51,584 nt of DNA from Caldilineales bacterium (GTDB lineage Bacteria; Chloroflexota; Anaerolineae; Caldilineales; Caldilineaceae): NCBI GenBank assembly GCA_038225095.1, contig JBBREZ010000001.1, positions 1-51,584 of the forward strand, in the 5' to 3' direction. A program made the position numbers and the translations under genes. Shown in pieces: positions 7,969-15,842 of the stretch. The notes under the pieces are model-generated. The model was not told where the DNA came from. It searched no databases and saw nothing but the letters and a program-made list of their open reading frames with translations. Each line of letters starts with the position of its first letter. Positions within the stretch are counted from its first letter, which is position 1.

Positions 7969-9405
7969 TTAGCCAGTGAAGGCGACCAGGGCACGGTTAA
8001 TCGGCATATTGAGCAGTTGCGGCGCAACGGCTAAACTGATGGAAAGCAGCAGTACGACAATCGCAAAACCGGCGCTCATCGACTGTTCGCGCCGCAAGTA
8101 ACGATTGGTCAGGGGGCCAAAAAGCAGACGCGCCAGACGAATATAGCCAAAAATGGCACCACCAGAAGCCAACAAAACCAAAGCGGCTTGCCGCCAGTCA
8201 GTCTCGGCAATCATTTGGATGGCGGCCCAGTGGCCAGTAAATCCGGCGCTCAATGGGAAACCAACCAGCCCCAAACCGCCGAGCAAAAAGGCAGCACTGT
8301 TCCACGGCAGCCGGTTGCCTGCGCCGCGCCATTTCTCCACCGTAAAGCCACCAGCATGGTCCAACAACGCCGCAAGACCAGTAGCAGTTGTCAGCATGCT
8401 GATGGTGCGTAGACCAAAGAGAAAGAGCACAAGCGGCCAATTGCGGGTGCCGGGCGTCGCTAAAATCAAAATAATCAGGCCCCAATCATGCAGCGCCGAA
8501 TAGCCCCACAAACGACCAGGGTGAAGTGCGCCTGCCGCCGCAAGTCCGCCCCAAATTGCAGTCGCCAGCCCAGCCCAAGTCAACCATTCATCGAGCCGGG
8601 TGCCTAGCTCAACAAAAGGATAGAGGTTAATCACGCGGAAATACAAATGTAGCAAGGCCAGTTGGTAAAGCAACGTGACTAGCGCACCCGCAATTGGCGG
8701 CGCACTATGAGCGGTGGCCGGTTGTGCACTGTGGAGCGGCACGGGTGCGAGCAATAAGATGAGGCCCAAGGCCAACAAGCGGCCCGCCGCTTGTTGCGCC
8801 ACAACATCTTGTGGATTCAATGGAATTTGATCAATATACCAAGCGGCAATTAGAAAAAGTGGAAAGGCTAACACCGGTGGAATTAGTGTACGTAAGGGTC
8901 CTGTTGGGTGGGACAATCGTCCAGCCTGGAGGATAAAAACGCCCATGCAGCTAACACCGAGCAAGCAGAGCGGACCCAGCAAGGGTGGCGCTAATGGCCC
9001 AGCTGTCATCAGCGCCAAAACCACATAGCCGGCCAATAATACGAACATCAAAGGCACAAAACTGTGGCCCTGGCTTACCACTTGGGCCAACAAAAAGGCA
9101 CCCGCGGTGAGCAGGAGGCTGGTCACGAGGATAGGCACGGCGCTGGCCTGGACTTGCAGGGTGAAACCCAGGCGCAACAGTGGCGCATTGATGTCAACCA
9201 GCGGGCCCACAAAAAGAAATCTGCTCGTCGGAACGGTTAGATCCAAGTTCCAAAGCCAGAATCCCAATCCGCCCGTTAAGAGCACGGCGAGCGGTATAGT
9301 GATCCATTCCATCCGGCGTAACACATAGGTGATAGCTGCGGCCGCTAACAGCATGCCGATTAAAAGCAGAGGTAAATTCAGCAACGATGCATCGTCAGCG
9401 CTCAC
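7969..9405 (-). CDS. Polytopic membrane protein, divergent NuoN/MrpD-like (proton-conducting antiporter-like family)
   Basis: 478 aa, roughly 14 hydrophobic segments. The degenerate motif PVPLHSAQPATAHSAPPIAGALV sits where the family has P.H.WLPdA.eaPtPvSA. The GTG start overlaps the upstream TGA stop (GTGA at 9402-9405). Confidence 0.55.
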   Translation of the reverse strand: MSADDASLLNLPLLLIGMLLAAAAITYVLRRMEWITIPLAVLLTGGLGFWLWNLDLTVPTSRFLFVGPLVDINAPLLRLGFTLQVQASAVPILVTSLLLTAGAFLLAQVVSQGHSFVPLMFVLLAGYVVLALMTAGPLAPPLLGPLCLLGVSCMGVFILQAGRLSHPTGPLRTLIPPVLAFPLFLIAAWYIDQIPLNPQDVVAQQAAGRLLALGLILLLAPVPLHSAQPATAHSAPPIAGALVTLLYQLALLHLYFRVINLYPFVELGTRLDEWLTWAGLATAIWGGLAAAGALHPGRLWGYSALHDWGLIILILATPGTRNWPLVLFLFGLRTISMLTTATGLAALLDHAGGFTVEKWRGAGNRLPWNSAAFLLGGLGLVGFPLSAGFTGHWAAIQMIAETDWRQAALVLLASGGAIFGYIRLARLLFGPLTNRYLRREQSMSAGFAIVVLLLSISLAVAPQLLNMPINRALVAFTG

Positions 9406-10190
9406 GGTGGTCCTCCCACGGCAAATGGGTATTCAGTAGTGCGTTCCGCCGGTAGAGCTTTATGGGCCTGCCCATTGACCGCTACGCCGTTATTGCCATT
9501 CACACCATGATTCGCAAAAGTTGGCGCAACCACAAGATCTGTGGGGAAGGTCAAATCAGTAACGACCGGCTGTTCTTCGAGCAATGGCGTTTGCGCCGTC
9601 AAGATCAGATAACTGCACGCCAATGCCATGACAATTTGCAGAATATCGATTGGCAAAAAGAGCATAGCGGCGGGCAGCAAAATCTGGATGATCGCCTGGA
9701 CAGGAATACACCAAAGCAACCAGGCCACGCCGGTAAAAAAGGGTGTATCGCTTAAGCTCAACAAAATCAGCGTGCACAAGCCCAACCAGATACAGAGTTG
9801 AACAATCTGCGGTGAAATCAAGGGTAGAGTCAATTTCAAATGAAACACGCGCCAACTGACCAACAGCAAAAGCACGGTCATGCAGCGCAACAGCCAGGAG
9901 CCAGACCAGCGCAGACTCGAAGTTGCGCGTACTTGCTGGGCCGAAAGCGCCAATAGCAAAAGACAGAGCGCCATGACCAAGATTTGGACAGCCGCCCAAT
10001 CTTGCGCCACACCGTGCACATGAACAATCATCACCGCAACGCCAATTTGCACCAGTAGCACACTGACGAGCGCTTGCCGCCAATGCCAAAACAGGATGAT
10101 CGAAACGGCAAGCGCGCCAATCGTCAACAAACCGAGGCCACTCGCAAAAAAATTTAATCTTAGTAAAAACCAGTCAAGTAAAGCTTCCAT
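9402..10190 (-). CDS. Hypothetical polytopic membrane protein (262 aa)
   Basis: There is a continuous ORF between two antiporter-like genes on the same strand. It has about 7 hydrophobic helices. SD gagg precedes the ATG. I recognise no family. Confidence 0.6.
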   Translation of the reverse strand: MEALLDWFLLRLNFFASGLGLLTIGALAVSIILFWHWRQALVSVLLVQIGVAVMIVHVHGVAQDWAAVQILVMALCLLLLALSAQQVRATSSLRWSGSWLLRCMTVLLLLVSWRVFHLKLTLPLISPQIVQLCIWLGLCTLILLSLSDTPFFTGVAWLLWCIPVQAIIQILLPAAMLFLPIDILQIVMALACSYLILTAQTPLLEEQPVVTDLTFPTDLVVAPTFANHGVNGNNGVAVNGQAHKALPAERTTEYPFAVGGPP

Positions 10191-10209
10191 GAACCTCGAT
10201 CGGCTCAGC

Positions 10210-12048
10210 CTACTGCATGAGCAAATATCCCATCAGCAAAATCACAATTAACCAGCCCATATAACCAGCGCCTTCGATGACGCGCAGAGCATTCCACCAT
10301 ACTTCACTGGCGCGATTGGCAGCCCACCAACCAAAAGAAAAGAGCCAGTCCAGGCGGACCACACGATTGATCCGGCTTGGCCAGTCGCCTAGTAAGCCCC
10401 AGGTGCGCGGGCGCAACCAAACCAGCCCAATCCCGGCCAATAACGGCAAGGCCAGCGTAATCCACACCGGCAGATTGGCAACCACAATTGGCGGATTGCC
10501 TAGCGTCGGGGGGATTGCGCCGTCTAGACCGACCAGACTAGCCACCATCCGGGGTAAAAAACCAGCCACAGCCAGCGGCAACCCAATCGCAACGCTGGCG
10601 ACAAAGAGTCGAATCATGGCGTTGAGATGAAATTGGGGTAGCGCCTGCTCTTCGCCATCTTCTAACCGGCGCAGCAGCGAAGCAATTTGCAACGTTTGAG
10701 CGACTACATACATGGTAAAGAGCAAAAGCGACAAAATAAAAGCCAACGCACCGGGCGTCAAATATGATGCCAACATCGACTGGCGCTGAAATTCGATCAT
10801 AAAAGGAGGATCGAGCAAGGCCGGGGCATCGCGCACCAGCAAGCGCGCCAAAGCAGGTTGACTCAAAAAACCGGGTGTAAAAGGCACGCCAGCCAGGGTC
10901 AAAGCCCCCACACTGACCGGAATCTGCCAGCCCCACCCCTGCCAAACCTGCTCGCCGACCAGCCACAAACCGCCACCAAGCGCAAACGCCGTGGTGGGCC
11001 AAATCATGGCGCTGGGGCCATTACTGTAGGCTAGGGCACCAGTCAACGCGGCCAGACCGGCCGAGGTGATCAACACCAACGTCGCATGATCCGGTTCATC
11101 GCGCGCGGTCCAAGCAGCGGTGGCGCTGCCTAGTAAGGCGATCAATAAGATGCCGAGCACGCCAAAGCGTAACGAGATGTACTCAGAACCCAAGCTAAAC
11201 GTCCAACCCAACAGCCAAAGCCCGGAAAGACACGGCACAAGATGTTCGAGCAACCGTTCTGAAATCGAAATCCGCTCTTGTTGATTGGAGAGCAACCAAA
11301 GGTGAAACGGATAGATGCCAGCCCGAATCGCTGCCGCAATCGCCATCAAATAGATCGTCTCATACGGCAACTTGCCGCCAATAAACGCTTGGCCTGGACC
11401 ACCAGGCCCCGCGGGCAATAAGCCAATCAACAATAACATTGCCCCAACCAAGCTAAACCCGCGCGCGTAATTATCTTCAAGCACGCGCGCAACCGGCGTA
11501 TTTACTTTCACTATGGCATAGGGAGTTGGCGCATAGGGAGTTAGTTCGGGGCGGGTTGCAGTACGCACCAAGGCGAAAATGTCTACGATCACCCAGGTCA
11601 AGATCGCCGTCAGTAAGTTACCGCTGCCCACAAACAGGAGTGAGGCGGCAATGATCGCCAGATTATTCGCCAGCGCGCCATGAATTCTGCGCCCCTGACT
11701 AATTTCCTCGTTGTTTAACGCCAGCAGAATCCCCAGCCCACCCAACAGCAAGATCAAGCCAGAGATATACCAGTTCCAGCCGTCGCCCACCCAATATAAA
11801 TTAGTCCAATACAGATTGGTGGCGCTATGCAGCAGCGGTTGCCAGGGATAACTATAAACCGGCACTTGGGTTTGCGCGCGTAAATTCAGAAAAAACAGAA
11901 AAGCAATGCCGACAAAGAAGAGTGCTAATCCGGCTAATAAGTCAGACCGGCGCACCCAACGACCACAGATCATCTGTACAATTGCCCCCAGCAATAGCAC
12001 AAACGCAGGACCGATAGGTGATTGGAGGAGTTCAAGGAATGTATACAC
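10210..12048 (-). CDS. Polytopic membrane protein, divergent NuoL/M/N (MrpA/D)-like
   Basis: 612 aa and highly hydrophobic. The motif AAIRAGIYPFHLWL resembles the G..PfH.WLP signature of complex-I antiporter-like subunits, but the following residues diverge. GTG start at 12048. Confidence 0.55.
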   Translation of the reverse strand: MYTFLELLQSPIGPAFVLLLGAIVQMICGRWVRRSDLLAGLALFFVGIAFLFFLNLRAQTQVPVYSYPWQPLLHSATNLYWTNLYWVGDGWNWYISGLILLLGGLGILLALNNEEISQGRRIHGALANNLAIIAASLLFVGSGNLLTAILTWVIVDIFALVRTATRPELTPYAPTPYAIVKVNTPVARVLEDNYARGFSLVGAMLLLIGLLPAGPGGPGQAFIGGKLPYETIYLMAIAAAIRAGIYPFHLWLLSNQQERISISERLLEHLVPCLSGLWLLGWTFSLGSEYISLRFGVLGILLIALLGSATAAWTARDEPDHATLVLITSAGLAALTGALAYSNGPSAMIWPTTAFALGGGLWLVGEQVWQGWGWQIPVSVGALTLAGVPFTPGFLSQPALARLLVRDAPALLDPPFMIEFQRQSMLASYLTPGALAFILSLLLFTMYVVAQTLQIASLLRRLEDGEEQALPQFHLNAMIRLFVASVAIGLPLAVAGFLPRMVASLVGLDGAIPPTLGNPPIVVANLPVWITLALPLLAGIGLVWLRPRTWGLLGDWPSRINRVVRLDWLFSFGWWAANRASEVWWNALRVIEGAGYMGWLIVILLMGYLLMQ

Positions 12049-12057
12049 GATTGCCAG

Positions 12058-12086
12058 ATTTTAGCACAGCCTGGATAAGTGGACAA
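12058..12086 (-). promoter_or_regulatory. Candidate sigma-70-type promoter giving a leaderless or near-leaderless mRNA for the membrane-protein operon
   Basis: The minus strand reads TTGTCC - 17 nt - TGcTAAAAT. The -10 element ends 9 nt before the GTG start at 12048. No SD is present. Confidence 0.35.
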
Positions 12087-12164
12087 AAGCGGCGCGCTTA
12101 CACATCGTTCAGATCAAGCCTATAGCTGATGTTATACTGACGAGCCTAAAAAAATAACACTTGT

Positions 12165-12201
12165 GAGTAGAGATTGGCGATTACCTCGTCAATCTCTACT
12201 C
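12165..12201. repeat. Hairpin with 12-bp arms gagtagagattg / caatctctactc
   Basis: Perfect inverted repeat with a 13-nt loop. The right arm is followed by an extra tctactc word. Confidence 0.85.
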
Positions 12202-12365
12202 TCTACTCGCATAAAAAATGTTCGTTTATGATGATCATGCATAATAGAGCGCGCATAATAGGTCAAGTTGGTCAGCATTTACACCCTTGCGAAATCCACC
12301 GTTGCGAAAATGCACAGCGTAATTGTTGCATTAGCGTAGGCAAAACGTTGTCGAAAATGGATAGC

Positions 12366-12431
12366 GAGTGCATTGCACGGGTGACAAACTTCTACCGCTA
12401 CGAATATCACCCTAACCCGTGCGTTGCACTC
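12366..12431. repeat. Long imperfect hairpin (16-position arms, 34-nt loop)
   Basis: gagtgcattgcacggg pairs with cccgtgcgttgcactc (one mismatch, one G-U). It lies in a comparatively AT-rich 535-bp intergenic region. Confidence 0.7.
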
Positions 12432-12460
12432 ACCTCCAAGCTAATATTAGACATTATTTG

Positions 12461-12539
12461 GAATAAGCATTTACCACAGGTAGACAGGTATACAAGAAAG
12501 CAGGTAGACAGGTGATGTCTACCTGTCTACCTGTCTATC
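12461..12539. repeat. Dispersed repeat built on aggtagac/gtctacct words; a second copy lies inverted at 49169-49240
   Basis: The 17-mer gaataagcatttaccac (12461-12477) is the exact reverse complement of 49224-49240. The 19-mer acaggtgatgtctacctgt (12508-12526) is identical to 49191-49209. Confidence 0.9.
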
Positions 12540-12583
12540 ATCTTTGTTAATCCAGATCATGTAAAGTATATTGCTAAAGCCAA

Positions 12584-15139
12584 CTATGACCACTGAAGCG
12601 TAATCTCAAGCGCTGGGGGCTGATTCGCCAGTGTCCCGTTGGGATCTTGCAGGACGATCCGTACGACCTGACCAGCCGGACGAAATAGATTCAAGGGTCG
12701 TTCACCGTGACGCAGCAAATCTAGCAGGCGAATTTTTGCGCGCGGTGCGGCCAGGTCACTGACAAAGAGCAGAATGTTCACGTCGCGATCGGTTAGCTTG
12801 CTTGGATCGGTGCCGTCTGTAATCCGCCCTTGGATGCCCGTCAGCGTGCTTTCGTCAGGAAAATTTTTCCTATCCTTGTCCGCTTTGGCTAGCGCAGAAT
12901 CAAACAATTCGGCCTCTAAACCAGAGAATTGCGGCACACCGCTGAAAACAATTATGTGACCACCTGGCGCACTCGCAGGGGATGCCGATGTTGCGGATCG
13001 GGGCTGGCCTATGATCCCAGAGGATGCCATTTTTGCGGTTACGGTCCCCAAAAAATTGGCGGCAACACTGGGCAGGCTCGCTGGCAGCGGCATGCTTTGC
13101 GGTGCAGGTGCGCGTGCAGCCAACATCGGTCCGCTACGCGTGGCGAAGTCACTGGACCAGCCGGATGGCAACGCATTGGCTACCAACACCGTGCCGGCGA
13201 CCGGTTCACCGGCTTCTTTGCGAACGGCGATAAAACTCGTCTCGGACGAGGCTAGATGATAGTTTAATGCCTCTTGCACCAGCAGGGCCCGCAACGCTTC
13301 GGATGCGTCGGCTTGGGTATTTTCGGCATACACTTTGGCTGGCTTAGCCCCCGACCCCGCCAATACGCTTTGCAGATCATAGCCCAGGCGGGCCAGTTGA
13401 TCAGTTAAGGCTTGCCCACTATAACCGGCGTTGATCAGATATTCCAATCCGTTTACGCGGCGGGCGCCGAAGAGCGCTTTTAAAGCGGGCAAGTCAGGCA
13501 GTTCACTCAGATTCACCGCAACGGCTGCGATGCCGACGCCATCTGCGCCCTGTAAACGAAAACTCAGTTCTGGGTTAGCCCCCTGCGCCGCACGGCCCAC
13601 CACCCAAAGCGCACGGCCACTGGGCAAATCGCCGATGTCAATCAAGCGGCTATCCGGCTCGGGCGCAGCCAACACGGCCCGGCCACTGGTCTCCACCTGC
13701 GGGCGATTGACCCGCAGACGCAAATCGGCCAACACCGGTTCTGCCCAGTCGGCCAGCACTTCGTCGAGCGCGGTGGTGATGTCTTCCTGGTCTGGTGCGC
13801 TGGTGAGAAAACGCGCTACACCGCCGCCGCGTTCGGCCAATTCCTGCGCCAGAAAGGCATTCGGCGCGGCATCAATACATAACACACTGATCCGGCGCCG
13901 CTGGGTTTGCATGGCTGCTTGATCAGCCAGCCGTAAAATGCGCGCCGCATCGCTGACCGCGGCATCGGTGATAATGAGCAGGTGGCGCGCGCATTCGCCC
14001 GCCGATTTCGGCAAATTTAGCGCCTGTTCCAGGGCAACGCCCAGCTCGGTGCCGCCGCTATCCGTATGCTGCTTAAGCCATTGCACGGCTTGATCGACAA
14101 CCGCTGGCGTGGCAGGCTGGGCGTGTTCGGCAAACCACTGAGTTGTGTTGTGAAAGAGCGCTAAGGCAAAGCTATCGCGTTCGCTCAAATCGGAGAGAAA
14201 GCGTTCCACCGCCCAATCAGCCGCCGCCCATTTGGGGCCCGTCATTGAGCCGGAATGGTCCACCAACAAGATCACTTCGCGCGCAATGCCCGTCCCGTCA
14301 CGGTGTACGGTGGGCGGCGCAACCTGGGCCAAGAAATAAGCTAAATTCTCGGCGCGATCCGCATGGCAAAAGACTTTGAGCACCGGTTGCGTTGCCGTTT
14401 GCACGGGTGTCCAAGCCAACACACAATCGCGATCGGGTACGACTTCACCAGCCTGCAAACGCACCCGCACCTGCTCGGCAGTGTTGGAGATAGCCAGGGC
14501 ATGCGTCGGGCTACTCACCTTTTCGATCCCGTTCAGGGTGACATCTAAGGCAAAACGATGGCCGGGGTCGCGCAAAAGCGCCAATGGCTGACCCTGCGCC
14601 GCACGGGAATTCACTTCATCCGAACGGACATAGCGCGGTGGCGTCGTCAGTGGAATACGAATGGCCCACCCCGCACCTTCCGCACGCGCCAATTGAACAA
14701 ACGCCGTCTCGACCACGATTTCCTGATCCGGTTGCAGACCGGCGATTTGTAACGTAAACACGTCGGGTGATTCACGCGTGGCCAGGGCGGCCTGGCGACC
14801 CGCTTGCTTGGCCTCGGCATAATTCTTTTCCGCAGCAGCGCGCGCCTGCAACTCTGCCACAATTTCCACCGTGCCAAAGCGCACCAACACGCCACTGACC
14901 GCAGCATCGCCAGGCAAGGGAAAACGGTAGACGGCTTCTAAAACGCGGTCACAAGCGGTGTGAGTATAGCCAAACACCTGGCGCAAACGTAAATCGGCCA
15001 ACGGCCCCACAATTGTGCCAGACAGTTCTGTCCGTTTTAACGGCACAAATTGTGGCGGCGCTTTGCCATCGGTGCCCACAATTTCCAACACGCCAATCCC
15101 ATCCGTGCGTGAATTTTCGTAAATTTGCGGGTTGAACAT
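12584..15139 (-). CDS. VIT domain + von Willebrand factor type A (vWA) domain protein, 851 aa, no signal peptide
   Basis: The N-terminal region ...VPLKRTELSGTIVGPLADLRLRQVF...AVYRFPLPGDAAVSG fits a VIT domain. VILLVDHSGSMTG is the vWA MIDAS DxSxS motif. I do not recognise the C-terminal ~250 aa. Confidence 0.85.
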   Translation of the reverse strand: MFNPQIYENSRTDGIGVLEIVGTDGKAPPQFVPLKRTELSGTIVGPLADLRLRQVFGYTHTACDRVLEAVYRFPLPGDAAVSGVLVRFGTVEIVAELQARAAAEKNYAEAKQAGRQAALATRESPDVFTLQIAGLQPDQEIVVETAFVQLARAEGAGWAIRIPLTTPPRYVRSDEVNSRAAQGQPLALLRDPGHRFALDVTLNGIEKVSSPTHALAISNTAEQVRVRLQAGEVVPDRDCVLAWTPVQTATQPVLKVFCHADRAENLAYFLAQVAPPTVHRDGTGIAREVILLVDHSGSMTGPKWAAADWAVERFLSDLSERDSFALALFHNTTQWFAEHAQPATPAVVDQAVQWLKQHTDSGGTELGVALEQALNLPKSAGECARHLLIITDAAVSDAARILRLADQAAMQTQRRRISVLCIDAAPNAFLAQELAERGGGVARFLTSAPDQEDITTALDEVLADWAEPVLADLRLRVNRPQVETSGRAVLAAPEPDSRLIDIGDLPSGRALWVVGRAAQGANPELSFRLQGADGVGIAAVAVNLSELPDLPALKALFGARRVNGLEYLINAGYSGQALTDQLARLGYDLQSVLAGSGAKPAKVYAENTQADASEALRALLVQEALNYHLASSETSFIAVRKEAGEPVAGTVLVANALPSGWSSDFATRSGPMLAARAPAPQSMPLPASLPSVAANFLGTVTAKMASSGIIGQPRSATSASPASAPGGHIIVFSGVPQFSGLEAELFDSALAKADKDRKNFPDESTLTGIQGRITDGTDPSKLTDRDVNILLFVSDLAAPRAKIRLLDLLRHGERPLNLFRPAGQVVRIVLQDPNGTLANQPPALEITLQWS

Positions 15140-15213
15140 GCGAGGTTCCTCCTAGAAGGCAAATAAGAAAAAGGGCTAGTCGAGCTGTACTCACTCACGT
15201 TACGCAGGGTGTC

Positions 15214-15280
15214 GTAGGCTGGGTTCGCCGCGCCACCGGTGCGTGTAACCGCTCATCATGCTGCGGCGAACCCAGCCTAC
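15214..15280. repeat. REP-like hairpin with GTAGG...CCTAC termini
   Basis: Perfect 18-bp arms gtaggctgggttcgccgc / gcggcgaacccagcctac with a 31-nt loop. It is preceded by ctcacgttacgcag, the same head seen at 6384-6396. Confidence 0.9.
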
Positions 15281-15307
15281 ACGCGGATTGTGTACCATGA
15301 CCTGTAC

Positions 15308-15613
15308 TCAATCGCCCACCTGGGTGACTGCTTCCTGGGCGCGTTTTTCCAATAACAGGCGCTTTAGTTCTTCATGGGAAGTTGTGGTCGCCTTGCCACT
15401 GTCGATATCGGCTAAAACGCGCTTGGCTTCCGCCAACAATTCAAACTGACGTAGCCGTCGCTGTTGTTCGTTCCACTCTTCAGCTGACACTAATACAGCT
15501 GCCACCTGGCTATTTTGCAAGAGTAGGACTGGCCCTTCGGTCTGCACTTTGGCTAAAACCTCACGGTAATGGGTTCTGAAATTCGATACTGACTCTGCTC
15601 GGACCAAATTCAT
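15308..15613 (-). CDS. Phd/YefM-family antitoxin-like protein (102 aa), with no adjacent toxin gene
   Basis: MNLVRAESVSNFRTHYREVLAKVQTEGPVLLLQNSQVAAVLVSAEEWNEQQRRL fits the Phd/YefM N-terminal fold pattern. The ATG at 15613 has SD aagggga. The ORF-track start at 15679 is less likely. Confidence 0.75.
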   Translation of the reverse strand: MNLVRAESVSNFRTHYREVLAKVQTEGPVLLLQNSQVAAVLVSAEEWNEQQRRLRQFELLAEAKRVLADIDSGKATTTSHEELKRLLLEKRAQEAVTQVGD

Positions 15614-15639
15614 CGTATATCCCCTTAAAAGTTTGCAAC

Positions 15640-15658
15640 TTGTACAATTTATTGTACA
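15640..15658. promoter_or_regulatory. Candidate operator: two TGTACA palindromes (ttgtacaatttattgtaca) upstream of the Phd-like gene
   Basis: Two copies of TTGTACA are spaced 5 nt apart, 27-45 nt upstream of the start codon. TA antitoxins commonly autoregulate through such repeats. Confidence 0.4.
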
Positions 15659-15842
15659 TCTTATAGTCCAACCATTCATCTGTCAAATCGACTGATAGGC
15701 TTGACAAACGTGCTAGAAACGCGCTCCTTTGCGATTAATCATACTCGCCCGTCCCCAGCACATTACAGTTTGGACAGCGTGTGATAAAATAGCTACTCTA
15801 TACGCTGGCATAACAAAATGCCAAGCAATAGGATTACTTTTC

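Noticed and set aside
11795-11830. A direct peptide duplication NLYWT-NLYWV in the 612-aa membrane protein could be a repeat insertion like the one in mvaA.
   Set aside because: It is only a 5-codon duplication with diverged codons, and the DNA does not match any of the intergenic word families. It is most simply an old slippage event in a loop.
12174-12515. 113-aa ORF on the plus strand in the 12.05-12.58-kb gap.
   Set aside because: It has no SD and an odd composition with Cys/His/Ile-rich runs. It spans three separate hairpin or repeat elements, lies in an AT-rich non-coding region, and shows no recognisable motif.
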